Assembly: GCA_026914245.1 (NCBI GenBank)
Contig: CP110440.1
Span: 2,728,001 to 2,792,000, forward strand
Direction of reading: 5' to 3'
Length of the DNA stretch: 64,000 nucleotides
From: Puccinia triticina
Lineage: Eukaryota
Positions 11,889 to 24,365 of the stretch are shown here, in pieces (the first letter of the stretch is position 1; every line of letters begins with the position of its first letter). The notes beneath the pieces are model-generated. The model searched no databases. It saw only the letters and a list, made by a program, of their open reading frames with translations, and was not told the DNA's origin. The position numbers and the translations under genes are program-made.

Positions 11889-12004
11889 CACTGTGGAATA
11901 AAAAACTCAAGAAACTGCTGTCAGTTGACATACAATATTAAAGAGGTGCCTTTGTAATATTGCATGTCAACTGGCAGAAGTTTCTTGAGTTTTTTTTCAC
12001 AGTG
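11889..12004. mobile_element. Transib-like MITE (116-bp hairpin)
   Basis: Termini CACTGTG...CACAGTG, ~50-bp imperfect TIRs, 5-bp flanks GCACT/GTACT. Confidence 0.7.
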
Positions 12005-12423
12005 GTACTGCACGTATGTTGTTCAAAATTGCATAAGCAATTATTTACACAAGATCATATAGAAATTCTGCCTGGAAAAATGTCAACATGAATAAGCTTA
12101 TGGTGAAATCGTTCAACCAACATCACATTTTATGATTTTATTTAAAGAAACTAGAGTCCAAGGCGGCTGTGCCTCTGCAGATTCCATGGCAATTATCCCA
12201 CCTCACCACCTGTTTTTAATTGGGTTGCCTTCAGTGTGCAGAGAGATATCCCAGACTTTCAAAAGGTGAGGGTTCATCCAAATGACCAAGTCCGCCTCTC
12301 TTCATGAATTTATACCAGGCTGAGTGACTACCAATGATACCCAACTCTTACTGCTACATTCTGCTAATCTTCAGAACTCTGCAATGAGTCTGATCTTAAG
12401 CATAATAGTCTGCTGGTGATAAT

Positions 12424-12730
12424 CAACACTGCAACTTTTCCAATACACAGATTTCATTGGAAACACTGTGGATCAGATTGCTCACCCAATACACTATTTC
12501 ATCAAATTCTTGTATTGGATCAGAGGGGCAATCCAATAACAATTATTGAAACAGAGGTCAATACAGGCCAATACCAGGGGTATTTCCCAGTATCAGCTGT
12601 CAAATCCCCATTATTCTCAACAGGGGTATTGGAACCGTAGGCCAATCAAATCTGATCCAAAAATACTGGATTGGATTTTGGGCCAATACTGACCAATACC
12701 GCTCCATGAATTGGAACAGTTGCAATGTTG
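12424..12730. mobile_element. MITE with CAACACTGCAAC-type TIR and internal ccaata repeats
   Basis: caacactgcaacttttccaat ... attggaacagttgcaatgttg; possible TSD tgataat/tgttaat. Confidence 0.65.
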
Positions 12731-13031
12731 TTAATTGAGCTCTGCACTTGGTAAGAACAAGTTCACAATAGCAAGTATGAATGAAGGTAACACAAAAAAC
12801 TCTCCTAATACTCCTATTTCTGTTCACTAAGTTTTGGGTAAAGTAAGCTGAGTAGTTTTTAAGATGATGATAAGAAAAGAAAAGAAAGAAAACTGTCCAC
12901 CCCCTTCCTCTTCCCTCAGAACCCTCTTTAACTGCCACAGCAATTCTATCCAGTCCACTCCTTTTATCCACAACAGTCCAGCTCCAGCCCTCCTCTCTGG
13001 TCTGCTATCCGGTCCAGCTCCTGATCTGTCC

Positions 13032-13406
13032 CAGTGATGGGCCACTGTACTAAACTAACGCTATGAGACAATAACTGTTAGTACTAAACTAACATTATTA
13101 GACAATAACTGTTAGTGTAGCCATTTTATTAACTCCCAAATTCATGTTATTTGTTATCTCAGATAAGAGTATCCATACTAACAATAACAGGAAATAACAG
13201 CAATAACAACAATAACAGACCTTTTATTGCTACTAATTACAGGATAAAATAACAGTTATTGCTGTTATCCATCACTATTTCCTGGGAAAGTTCCTGTATT
13301 GTTAACAACACAAAAAATAGATAACAGAAAACATTGTTATTGTTATCTGGTTTTGGATACACTACGCTACACTAACAGATAACATTAGTGTATTGGCCCA
13401 CCATAG
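13032..13406. mobile_element. MITE with 7-bp TSD and internal taacaataac repeats
   Basis: TIR cagtgatgggcca / tggcccaccatag; flanks tctgtcc / tctgtac. Confidence 0.7.
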
Positions 13407-13662
13407 TCTGTACTTCCCAAAATCTGCAAATTCATGTCCCAGTTCTGCTTTCTCCCCAAATGTGCAGCTTTATGCATGCACATTTCAGCCAGGCTTTCTG
13501 ACATCATCACATGTTGATTATGTCACCACATGCAGGGCAAGATCAGCCATGCATACATTCCTGCCGCATTACCTCCAAGTGGACATTATGTCAACCTGTA
13601 CCCATACAAAACACCACAGCGGAAAGGGGGAATTGAACTTGTGGAGACTGTAAAATGAAGAT

Positions 13663-13747
13663 GTGTCTGTCAAGATTTGAACTCACGACCTCAGCTATGC
13701 TGAGACATATACTAGAGTGCTGCCTTTACCAACTAGGCTACAGAAAC
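13663..13747 (-). tRNA. tRNA-Thr(AGT)-like pseudogene or SINE head
   Basis: GTTTCTG TA GCCTAGTTGGTAAAGGC A GCACT CT AGT A...GGTCGTGAGTTCAAATCTTGACAGACAC; the D-arm is intact but the anticodon and T stems are mismatched. Confidence 0.65.
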
Positions 13748-14373
13748 TTGTGGCTGCCAGCTGGGCGGTTGGTTGGTAGTGTTCACGGGTCAATCCAACA
13801 GCCCTCCATACTTTGGTGATACAGCATGGTAGCAGACTAACAGACAACTCAACAGAACTCACATCTCCCCAATTCATGCTGTGTTGCTCTACCATTGAGC
13901 TATTCCCATGGTGCCAGGTGCATACAAATTTCCAGGCAGCTTGGTTCCACATCCTGGAAGTTCCTGTGGGTGCTCCACCGGAGGCCAAAAACACCTTGGA
14001 CTGAGGCAGATGGAGTTTGTTCATGTCCCACAACAGCAAGACTAATGGGGATGCACTCAGCTTCTAGTAAAAATGGAAATGGGGACCCGGACCTGGACTG
14101 GTTTAGGTGGTTACTGGTGGTACTTGGGTGGTCTACCCAGGTGTACCCACGTGAAAATGTACTTCAATGTTGATTTAGATAATTCAATCAAGGTGTTTTT
14201 TTTTCTTCTGGATTGACATAGTGACTTGCCCCCATCCTCCAGCTTAGTAATTGCTCATTTTGTCTGCCCCCAGATTTCAGAATTTAAACACAGCCCCATT
14301 ACACCTTAAATCCCCTGTTAGGAAACATCCTGTTCAATTTATGTTTATGCATTTTCCTGGTTGAGGAATTTTA

Positions 14374-14523
14374 GGCCCCGTTTGGAGCCAATATAATCCG
14401 GGCAATATATGAGTTTTTTTGCCTGACATCCTATGTGACATCTGATCAGGTCCGCAAAAAGTTGATCAGATGTCACAAAATTCCAAATTATATTGTGCAA
14501 TTATATTGGCTCCAAACAGGGCC
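14374..14523. mobile_element. PIF/Harbinger (Tourist-like) MITE
   Basis: TIR ggccccgtttggagccaatataat / attatattggctccaaacagggcc; TTA TSD on both sides. Confidence 0.85.
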
Positions 14524-14835
14524 TTAACCCTTGTGTCACCAGGTCCTATTTGTTAGTGTGATAAATATGGTGTAATATCAAAAACACACAACATTTAATA
14601 TGACAAATAGTCTTTTTGGGCTAATCATCTAATTGCAACTCAACTTTCAAGGTTTATGAAATATTAGTAAAAAAATGCTTTACACTATGTGATTGTAGTG
14701 AATCTTACACTGCATGCATCATGCTAACAAATGTGGCTCAAAATTTTAATATTATGTTCATAAAGGCCTTAAATCTACCTCCAAAGTATAGTAAAATTTG
14801 ATTGTGAACCCCGCTACTTCTTAATTACCCAGTGT

Positions 14836-15321
14836 TAGTGCTGCACACCTCAGCCCGGTTCCCTTGCTTGCCGCAACAGGACAAGGAATTTACAGACCAG
14901 TTGGAGCGTTCCAGCAGCTGGCCAAAAGCAGTTGAACCCTCATACACGGCCGGCGCTGTTTGACGCCCAAAGTACGGCAGTTTTGCTGTCCTCGCGCTTC
15001 AGTTTGACCCCGCGGGGAATGATGATGTGAGTACGGGGCGCACGTTTTCCGCAAACAACCCAGCATGCGGACAGCTTACCACCCAGTGTCATTACGGTCC
15101 GACTGCTGGCCATCCAGCGGAACGTTGACTGGTTTGGTCATCACATTGGGTGCTCTGACGCTATCTAGACAGCCAACAGTAACCCATAACTCTGTCAGAT
15201 GACCAACACTGTGCGGTCATTGGAGTGGTACACAGGCACACGGTAGGCAATCCAGTGGTTTGACCAAGCCTCGCCCATCGTGCAAACCTCTCAAGATACA
15301 GAGCCGGGGTGTAGTGCATTA
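14836..15321. mobile_element. Degenerate hAT-like non-autonomous element
   Basis: Imperfect TIR tagtgctgcacacctcagc / gccggggtgtagtgcatta; no clear TSD. Confidence 0.35.
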
Positions 15322-15724
15322 CTCTAAGGTTTTTGAACGGCTGCTGAGACACACTCTTGATTGCTCACAATTGCTTACTTGGCTGAGACTTCATTATATT
15401 CTAATTTTTAGCTGGGGACTTATTTATTTAAATACAAGCTATTTGAGGATCAGATCAATGGTACATAGTCATTAGAGAAACAAATAGAGATTGTCTGATG
15501 GGACAGAACAGATGAGCTGGACTCAATATACAAGTGGTTCAACCTTGAAACGAGGATTGAAAGCCCTGATCGGGCTTGGGAGGAGAGCAAGCACAATCAA
15601 GAAGGGATTGATAATGAAGAATGTATGAGGTGGAGGGGGGAGGGGATTAGAGCAAGGCACGATTGAGGGGAGAGGATGAGAGCGAGATGAGATGGAGGGC
15701 AAGGCGAGGGTATGAGAGGGGGAT

Positions 15725-15850
15725 CGGATGGAGGCAAGAGGATGGAGGCGAGAGGATAGAGGCGAGAGGATAGAGGCGAGAGGATGGAGGCGAGAAGATG
15801 GAGGCGAGAAGATGGAGGCGAGAAGATGGAGGCGAGAGGATGGAGGCGAG
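15725..15850. repeat. 14-bp purine-rich minisatellite (ggaggcgagaggat)
   Basis: About 9 tandem copies. Confidence 0.85.
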
Positions 15851-17661
15851 ATCATTGATGGGAGACCGAGAGGGACAGGGAGGGGAGGAGAGGCGAAGGA
15901 CTTTATATGTTGTATTCTAAAACAGATGACGTCACATCTGCTACACTCACGGGCATGGTTGCTTGCCCTTCATTGATGGGGTGAGTTTTTGCTTGCGGTT
16001 CTCTAACTTATTGCCCCAAGGGGTTATTCAATGGGACCATGGGGTTGTGAAAGTTTGACCAAATCAGTCTGCCAATGTCACCGAGCTGGACATGAGGTCT
16101 GCAATGAGGCACAGTGAGGCACTCACTGATGACTGCAACAGAGATGACTGAAGTATATCGGTTCCAAGGACCACTTCAACTGTTTGGTGGCCTTGGCGGT
16201 AAGCACACCGTACTATCATCTCTTACGAAGCTGGGCCACCGACCAAGGCCGGCAAATAGGCAGCATGCCGCCGACCCCTCAACCTCGCCGGTTGGCGTGC
16301 TGTGGTTTCAAGTCAGAGAGCTGTTTTTCTGGCCTGGCCGACTCTTTGACCCAATGCGAGTTCGCAGATCGCGCCGGCCGTGTACATTATAAGCCCTTCC
16401 ACCGTTGGGGCAATGTATGTGGTCAGCTCAATATCCTTTGTGACGATCTCTGAGGACATATTCATATCTTTGCTTTAGGTCACATGAATTTGGCCCTGCA
16501 TATGGATTGAGGTACGTATATATAGGTAGGCAAGGGTCTTGGTGCAGGCGCTTGTGGCAATCTCGTGATTCAATCTTAGTGATCGGTCCTTCCTAGACAA
16601 AATATCTCAAATGAGGTATGTACCCAGCCACCAGGAAGATTCAATATTGTGGTGTTTTGAGCACAAGAACAGTTTTTTTGTTTGGTGATCATGAGATCCC
16701 CGAGGGAATCGTGGGATCAGAGGGCTGTACTGGGCACAGCTGACAAAACAATGCTCCGAAGAGCATCTCTAGCAATTCCTGTCGTCGTAAGTGGAGAACA
16801 ATGGAAAACAAGGCAACTGATTGCTCCATTTAAAGCTTATGAGTAGCCTCTTTGATTATGGCCAAGGCTAAAGCTGGGGGAGGCCGGGTCCCGTCAAGCT
16901 TGAGCTACATGTATGCTCGCTGAGACATCACTACTCTGGCCCATTGTTCTTTGCTCGACGCAATATTCGCATTTCCAGTTGGAACAAGGGGACGATGGCA
17001 CGTGGTTCCCGGGCGATATCATCACCACCGAGCGGAGTGGGATGTGTTTACTGCTCGTTTCGATGTTGGATATTTGGCGTAAGTCTCCGGGGTAAGGCAT
17101 GGTGTGCGCTGGCATTCATCTTGATGGGGGAGAGCACCTCAACGACAGGATCAAATTTCGACATGGCAATATGCTGCAAGGACACCGAAGGATGCGAAGG
17201 TTATTGCCCACATCGATGTTGTTAGGAACGACCAAATATACAAACACATCCTCGACTTTGTTCACAAGTTCAGTCAGTTTGGATCCATTTATACCTCCTC
17301 CCGTTGTGGTTTCCTTACCCTTTAACAATTAACGCTCTGTGCTTTTTTTTTTCAATTGTAGCGCCAGAGGGAAAGTCAACATTGTTCCTCTTTCCCCTTC
17401 GAGCCTGGTCGACTTCCGCTACCTCGTTATAACTTGTTCTCCTCATCTCAAAGTCGTCACCAGCGGAAGGCTGGAAGCTTCTCTCCACATAATATCTTAT
17501 TCTTTTTTGTTTCAAAAGCACAAAAAAAAGCCCTGAACAACAATCGCTTTCGCTGGTCTACTGTATGTCGATTTCGCGTCCTCTGATTCCGCAGACCCTT
17601 GCGGACAACAGCCTGCTTAACACAGCACTTGATTTATCCTGACCGAATTCTGAACCCGCAG

Positions 17662-18740
17662 ATGATGAAATCGCTGGTTTTTTCGACTGTTCTTCTCGGA
17701 ATCTTCTGGAGCTGCCTAGCCATGGACTCACATCTCAAGGGAGACGAGGCGAACGCGAGTACGACCCGTGAGTAATCCCGTTGGCAATCGCCAAAGAGGA
17801 ACTCATGAGAGGCACGACCGCTGGCGGCACGGAAATTAATCCGAAGGCTCTTTTTTTTTTTTTGATAATATATATATAGACCACTTGGAGTTGTCCAAAA
17901 GGGCAATCGAATTAAGTGGCGGGATTTTTCCCGCCTTGGGGGGCGAGCCCCTGGCAGGCAAAGTATTCACGACGACGGGGAGCAGAGTGACTCTGAGTAA
18001 CAATGTTGTTCCGAGTCGAAAGCGAAAAGCTTTGACGTTTATCGCGAATCCTCAGCAGATTTCTGGAAACACTCCTAATCTGAAAGTCGACCCAAGATTA
18101 CAACAAACGCCGAGTAATGCCAATCGTGCCCTGTTAGCCCCTGCGAAGGTCCCCGAGGAATCAGATATTGTTGATCAGAGCCTCCAGGAAAAGGCCGACA
18201 CAGTCGATTCACCATCAAGCGGAAAGGATTTGGTGGCCGCTGAGGAACACACCACGCTCGCTAGGAGATCACTCATCCGTCGGTCTTTGTTTGAGCAAAA
18301 ATTCGTGGAAAAGAGGGGACTCCAAAGTGAAGCTGGTGAGTGTTTTTCGCATCTGAAGTTGATCAGAAATATGCTCACATATGCTTGCTTCTAATCTAGA
18401 TGGCGACTCATCAAGGTATTTAAGCTTTCAAGCTTCCCAAGAGTCCCAACGGAACCTGGGCGAATTCCCGGCGCTCGGCGGATTGAAAGGCACTGTCTCT
18501 TCGGCGGAGGCGCGCAAAACAGTGGAAGCAGCCAAATCTTCTCCAGCACCCAACCCCCCGCCGCCAGCTGATTCAGAGCCGGGTGCTCCACCGAAACTAT
18601 CCGGTGCAGTAAGTCCTCTCGACATGATATATCTTATGTGCTCTTCATGCACTCTGGTCTTTCCATAACTAATACATTGTCGACAATCCTTCTTTGACCA
18701 GCAAGCTTCTGGAAAGTTTGTGCTTCAATTTGTGGAATGA
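17662..18740 (+). CDS. Secreted protein (candidate effector), at least 4 coding exons
   Basis: MMKSLVFSTVLLGIFWSCLA signal peptide; in-phase GT-AG introns (after ~17767, ~18335 and 18608); last exon 18702-18740 QASGKFVLQFVE-stop; two FPALGG motifs and KR sites. Confidence 0.75.
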
Positions 18741-19328
18741 TTTAAAGGCAAAAGAAATGTCCTGAGGCTGGATCTTACCACAAAAAATCTTCACTTTATC
18801 AACACTCCCCTATTCTTTAAATGAAAAAACCCCTGTAAGATATCACATGACATTATGTATTAGTATCTTTGCTAGCCAACTCTTTCAGATCCTCAAGGAA
18901 GAATGGACCAAAACATCAGTTACATCTTGATCCTACACAAGAGCTTAAAATAACTTTCATCTGCACATCCTTTTGTCCTCTGCCAATGAAAAGTGTAAGC
19001 CCACTAGAAGTTTCCTAGCTTCCCACGTACAACTCAAAAGCAGATAATTGATCAGCTGTCCATCTGTAATTGCATCTTGATTACTACATATGTACTGTCA
19101 ACAACTCAAATCAAGTTTATAACTCCCATCACAAAAAAATCACTCCCATAACAAAACCTTTAACTGTTCTCTTGTATTGTGCTATCTTTATCAAGTGAGA
19201 TCTGATGATTACAAGATAAGACTGTATTTCTGTAAGCTAATGAAAACTAATGGAAATCAGCCAATCATGCAACTAGAATGAGATATATTCATAGACTCAA
19301 GAAAAAGCTGCTGAGCAGCAGCTACTAT

Positions 19329-19604
19329 CAATGGTGCAACAAATGCAATACATGTATTGTATATTCATTTTTGAATACAAAATGTCTTGGCATATTTGTA
19401 TTGAATTGGACAGCCAATACATTACAATATACTTCAAAAAAAATGTATTGACCATACCAATCCACAAGATATTACATTTTGCAAAAAAACACATTGTATT
19501 GTATTGGATAAAAAAATGCAATTACAAACACAATGTATATGCTATACAAAACAATACAATTCATGCCATATACAAATACATGTGTTGTATTTGTTGCAGC
19601 GTTG
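19329..19604. mobile_element. MITE with CAA(C/T)GCTGCAAC-type TIR and 7-bp TSD
   Basis: caatggtgcaacaaat / atttgttgcagcgttg; flanks ctactat / ctgctat; internal aatac/gtatt repeats. Confidence 0.75.
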
Positions 19605-19636
19605 CTGCTATGCTGAGAGGAAGTGTGTGCCTTTCT

Positions 19637-20055
19637 TGTTGGAATTCTGTGTCCACTCATCCCTAAAAATCCCTTCCATTTCTCAATTCACCATCTCTGC
19701 CTACTTTATCCTCCTCTTTATACTAGTCTTCAGATCAAAGATATCCAACACTTATCTTGCCCCCCCCCCTCTATGTGGTCTGCTGTTATCCATGGTCATG
19801 TTGCCTTCTTACCATCTTGTAGGAATTGTCCCCTGATTAGAATAGATTGTTAGCTTTCCAGTTTACTGCTTATCCTCTAGATTGTGTGCCTCTCTGATGG
19901 GGATATATATTGATGTACGTTTTGACTTGGCACAAAGAGTTCAAGAAGTTTCTTATTCACTATTCTTTTTTATTCAGTACATTCTCAACCACAGTTTTGC
20001 CACATGTATCTAGTCTATCTATTCTATAGCCTAGACCTTGTCATCAAACCCAACA
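19637..20055 (+). mobile_element. Probable solo LTR (Copia-like)
   Basis: TGTTGG...CCAACA termini, internal TATA and pyrimidine-rich body; TSD not matched. Confidence 0.5.
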
Positions 20056-21086
20056 GTGGGCCAATGTCAACATATGGGCCACTTTGTGTAACACATCAGC
20101 TGTTATTTTTAAGGAAAACCTGTTAATTTTAATGGAAAAATATTGAATTTTCAATACTTTGCAATAGATTGCAATATGTCTTTGGCTGTATCAACAAAAA
20201 GTGGCCTGCATTGGCTGTTATCAAGGGTATTTTAGGTTATTTTCCAAGCCCTCTGCAAGGTTATAGTCAACTTTTGTGGGCAAAACCAACAACCACATTT
20301 CCTGTATTGTGAGTTTGTAGCTTATTTTTCAATACTTTACGTTAACAGGAAGCTGGAACAGCCCACCATTGTCACAAACCTGATCAGTTCTCCTCTTTCT
20401 TTTTCTGCCTGCCCCGTGAGCCGATCCAGTGAGAAACCCTCTTCTTGCTCATGTCCTGCATATCCAGCTTGCTGATTCTCCGCCGCCCTTTTTGGGTTCC
20501 CCAGTTGCACATTTCTCCAGGGATGGTTCAGCGGAGCTTCAATGCCCAGCCACTCAGCAAGAAGCAACACCATTATGTGATTGGGTGGGGTTCTGAGCAT
20601 CCTGCATGTGTCATGATGAGCATTGTTTTTTTTTTTTTTTTTTTTTGTGCAGTGCATGTTGGCTTGTGGATGAGTGATTGCGCACTGGAATGTGTGGATG
20701 AGATGATGGCCAGACTTGGAGATGGATGTTGAAGAATGAGCAGCGGCTTGCTGTGATTTGAAGAATCTCTGGGCATGAACGAACAGCTGTGCAGGAGATG
20801 GACAGTTGCTTCCCAGTGATGACTGGCGGAGATCCCCCTCGAGATCTGCAGCCCTCTGCAGACCCAGATCTGCAGCCTGCTGACACCCCTGATTTCTGCG
20901 GGGACATGCTGGGTCTGCAGGGGGCTGGAGATCTGGGACCCCCACCCTGTGGGGATTGGCTTGATCCTGATCTGATTCCCTCCAGATTTAGAGCCTGATG
21001 TGATACATAGAATATTCAGGGGGTCATATTTATGTAGTTTGGCCGGTTGTCGCCAGCCGAGGCACTCCCACCCGCAACCACCACCG

Positions 21087-24000
21087 ATGGCCGCCGACTG
21101 CCAGCCAGCGATCATCTGCCAGCCATCCCGGACAGCGACAGCGACAGCGCCAGCGCCAGCGACGAGGTAAGCAGGCAAACTACTCCCAGTACAGGAAAAC
21201 AATGCTGACGAATCGAACGAACGAGCCACACAGGACACTCTCGAGCACCCTCCAGGCATTCAAGAACCACCCCCAGCCACCCCCAGGCCTCCGATTCGCA
21301 GCATGGGCACCCCCCACCCGCCTGCTGACCATCTCGAGCAGGGGGATCGCCGTCTGGGAAACCGCAGACCTCGAGGCGCTCGAACAGGCCATCGACATCC
21401 CCTGGCTCCAGCTCAACACCCCCAGCCTCGAGCCCATCGCAGCCGCCCTCCTGCCAGGCCACACCCCCACCCGCATCGCCGTCCTCTGCAACTCGCTCGT
21501 CCAGCGCACCTCCAGCCTCCTCATCCTCGCCGCCCCAAGCGCAGCCCCCGCACACATCCTGCATGCCCACGACCTGCCGGCCACCGCCTCCGAGCTCAAG
21601 ACCAGCCAGAAGCTCATCGCCGTCGCCACCAGCGCGCCCCCCGCCCTCCACCTCTTCCAGCACGACCTCATCCCGCTCCCCTGCTCGCCCATCCTCGACC
21701 TCGCCCCCAGGCCCGGCTCCGGAACCCCCGTCTTTGCCCTCGGCCAGTCCCGGCTGCTCGTCTACGCCTCCTCCACGCCCCACCACTGGCCAGCCGGAGA
21801 GCCGCAGCCGTCGATTGCCGCCGGCCCCGGCCTCGCCTTCGCCGCCCCCCCGCCCGCCGACCGGCCCGGGCGTGAGAAGGAGCCCGTCTGCCGCTGCCCC
21901 GCCCGCCACGCCTCCCACTCCGCCATCATCCCCCCCGCCTCCTGGAAACACTCCGTCGCTCCCAACCTCGACGCTATCGACGAAACCGCACGCAGACTCG
22001 GCGGCGGCCTGCTCTCCGGCGCCAAGTATCTCAGCTCCTGGGGCCAGAACCTCTGGAGCCCCAGCGACGCCTCCCCCCTCGACCCGGCCTTCTCCCAGAG
22101 CGCACCGCTCCCTCGCATCATCCCAGGTAAACAACAACAAAAAAAAGCTACTCATCATTGACAGAGCTAGCTGACGCCTGCCACTTCTCACCCAAGCCGC
22201 CCGCCCGACGCCCTCGGCCCGCCCGGAAGAATCCGCGCACGGGAACGTCAAGGTGCTCGACCTGTTCTCGCCCTCCAGCGCCCAGCCGCTCTTCCACTTC
22301 AAGAGCTCGCCCCACCCGCTCACCTTCGTCTCCCTCAACCCCGCCTCGACCATGCTGCTCACCGCCTCCACCGACGGCCACGCCTTCCACGTCTTCGAGC
22401 TCCGTCCGCCCTCCCGCATCGGCCTCTCCCACCCCCACGCGCCCCGCGAGGCCGCCGTCTGGCACCGATACAAACTCGCTCGCGGCTTCACCGCCGCCGA
22501 GGTCGCCGACGTCGTGTGGCGCTGGGACTCGAAGATCGTCGCCGTCCTCACCGAACACGGCACCCACCGTACGTCTCTCCTTCCTCTCTCTCTCTCGCTG
22601 TGCTGACCACCTCCTCCCAGACCTGTTCGCCATCCACCCCGCCGGCGGGACTCCCACGACGGCCGACTCCGGAAGATCGTCCCGAGCCGCCGGCCCCGCC
22701 GACCCGCTGTCGGCGATCTTCAGTCCCCGCGTCCACAACCCCCGCGCCCCCCCTCCGCTCTCAATCACCGTCTCGGCCTTCGAGAAAATCAAGCACAAGG
22801 CCGTCAGACACCCGCATCCCGACTCCATGGGCTACCACCATCTCGACTACCCCCATCATCAGCAGCACGAACATCATCACCACACGCTGAGCTCCCACAC
22901 CTGCCTCGCCTTCGTCCCCCCTGCTTCCTCCCTCTCTGCCCAGGATGACCACGCACAACACGACGCCATCCTGTCGGAGGTCCACAAACGTGCGCCCAGC
23001 GTGCTGGTCCACGACCCCTCGACGAACACCATCACGCTGTACGCCTTCGAGCGCAAGCGAACCGGCCCCGCCGCCTCCCCGCTGCCGGCCGCGGGCGAGG
23101 AGACCCACAAGAAGACGCCCTCGGGCCTCTCCCAGCTCATGATGCAGCAGCCCAAGCTGGGCCAAAGCGGGACGACGCCGGCGGCCGTGGCCAGCTTTTC
23201 CCCCGCGGTCTGGCACCTCGGCTCGGCCCGCCCCCGGCCCTCTGCCCCCCCGGCGACGGACGAGGCCCCCGGCCGTCCGTCCCCCGTCGTCGCCCCGGCC
23301 AACGGCTTCCGGATCCATCGCCCCCCCAGCGGCCTTCCCAGCTGGACCTCCTTCGTCGAGCTCGACACCTTCAGCCAGTCCCCCCGCATCCTGCCCCGCT
23401 CCATCTACCTCGCCCACCAGCTCGACTTCTTCCAGCTCCTCCGCCCCCCGTCGGCCCATGCCGGGCTACTGGCGGCGGCCGACTGGGACCACCTCGAGAT
23501 GCGCAAGCTCAGCGTGAAGGCCGAGGTGCGCATCCAGCCGGGCGACCTGGGCACGGACCCCCATCATGGCCGGGCCGACGAGGAAGAGCGCCTGGACCAC
23601 CTGGAGGCCGAGCGGTTCGTGAACGACGATTACGCCCCAGGGAGTCCGGAGGAGGTGTACGTCGGGCCGCTGCGCTCGGCCGTCCAGGCCGGCCTCGCCC
23701 CGCACCGCGTCCCCGTCCCGCCGGGCTTCCCCAACGGCGTCCCCGCCAAACGCGGCCCCGCCGCACACCCCTTCGCCGGCCTGCTCAAGCTCGCCGCCGC
23801 CGACGTCCGCCCCGTCGTCGGCGTCGTCCACGGCCGCGTCCGCAAACAGCTCCGCCGGATCGCCCGGCGCTCCTCGTCCGCCGCTTGGCCTTGGGCCTCC
23901 CCTCCTGTCCCCGGCTCGCAGGAAGAGGCCGACCGGACGTCGGTGTCCTTCGAGGAACACTCCGCCGTCGCCGTCCCTCCGCCCTCCCCCGACCTCTCCC

Positions 24001-24365
24001 CCGACGACCCCTTCTCTAACCTCGAGCATCCCCCGGAGAACGAGGATGGCGGATGGACCGGCTGGGACGGCTGGACGTTCGACGACGCCGCCGACCTCGC
24101 CCCCGACCACCCGCGCCCCGTCCTGCTCCCCGCCGCCAAGATCCCCGCGCCCCTGGCCCCCGCTTCTCGCCCCCCTGACCTCACCCCCGCCGCTGGCCAC
24201 CTCCCCGCCCGCTCCGACTCGTCCGCCACCTCCACCTCCTCCTCCCCCGCCTCCGGCTCCACTCCGTCGTCCACTGACCTCCTCCCGTCCTCCCGCCCCC
24301 GCCCGTCCGCGCTCTCGCCGCCTTACCCTCCCTCGGCATCCGCCCGGCCCCCGCCTCCGCGGTAG
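21087..24365 (+). CDS. BCAS3: BCAS3 / Atg18-like WD40 beta-propeller protein
   Basis: HPLTFVSLNPASTMLLTASTDGHAFHVF...HRYKLARGFTAAEVADVVWRWDSKIVAVLTEHGTHHLFAIHPAGG and a C-terminal ELDTF...PRSIYLAHQLDFF motif; introns at ~21167-21233, 22127-22196 and 22569-22620 restore one frame. Confidence 0.85.

Noticed and set aside
16894..17332. Cys-rich short ORFs on both strands
   Set aside because: No consistent start, signal peptide or recognisable domain
22158..22260. Apparent frameshift in the BCAS3-like gene
   Set aside because: Resolved by using the AAG acceptor at 22196, downstream of a ctgac branch site
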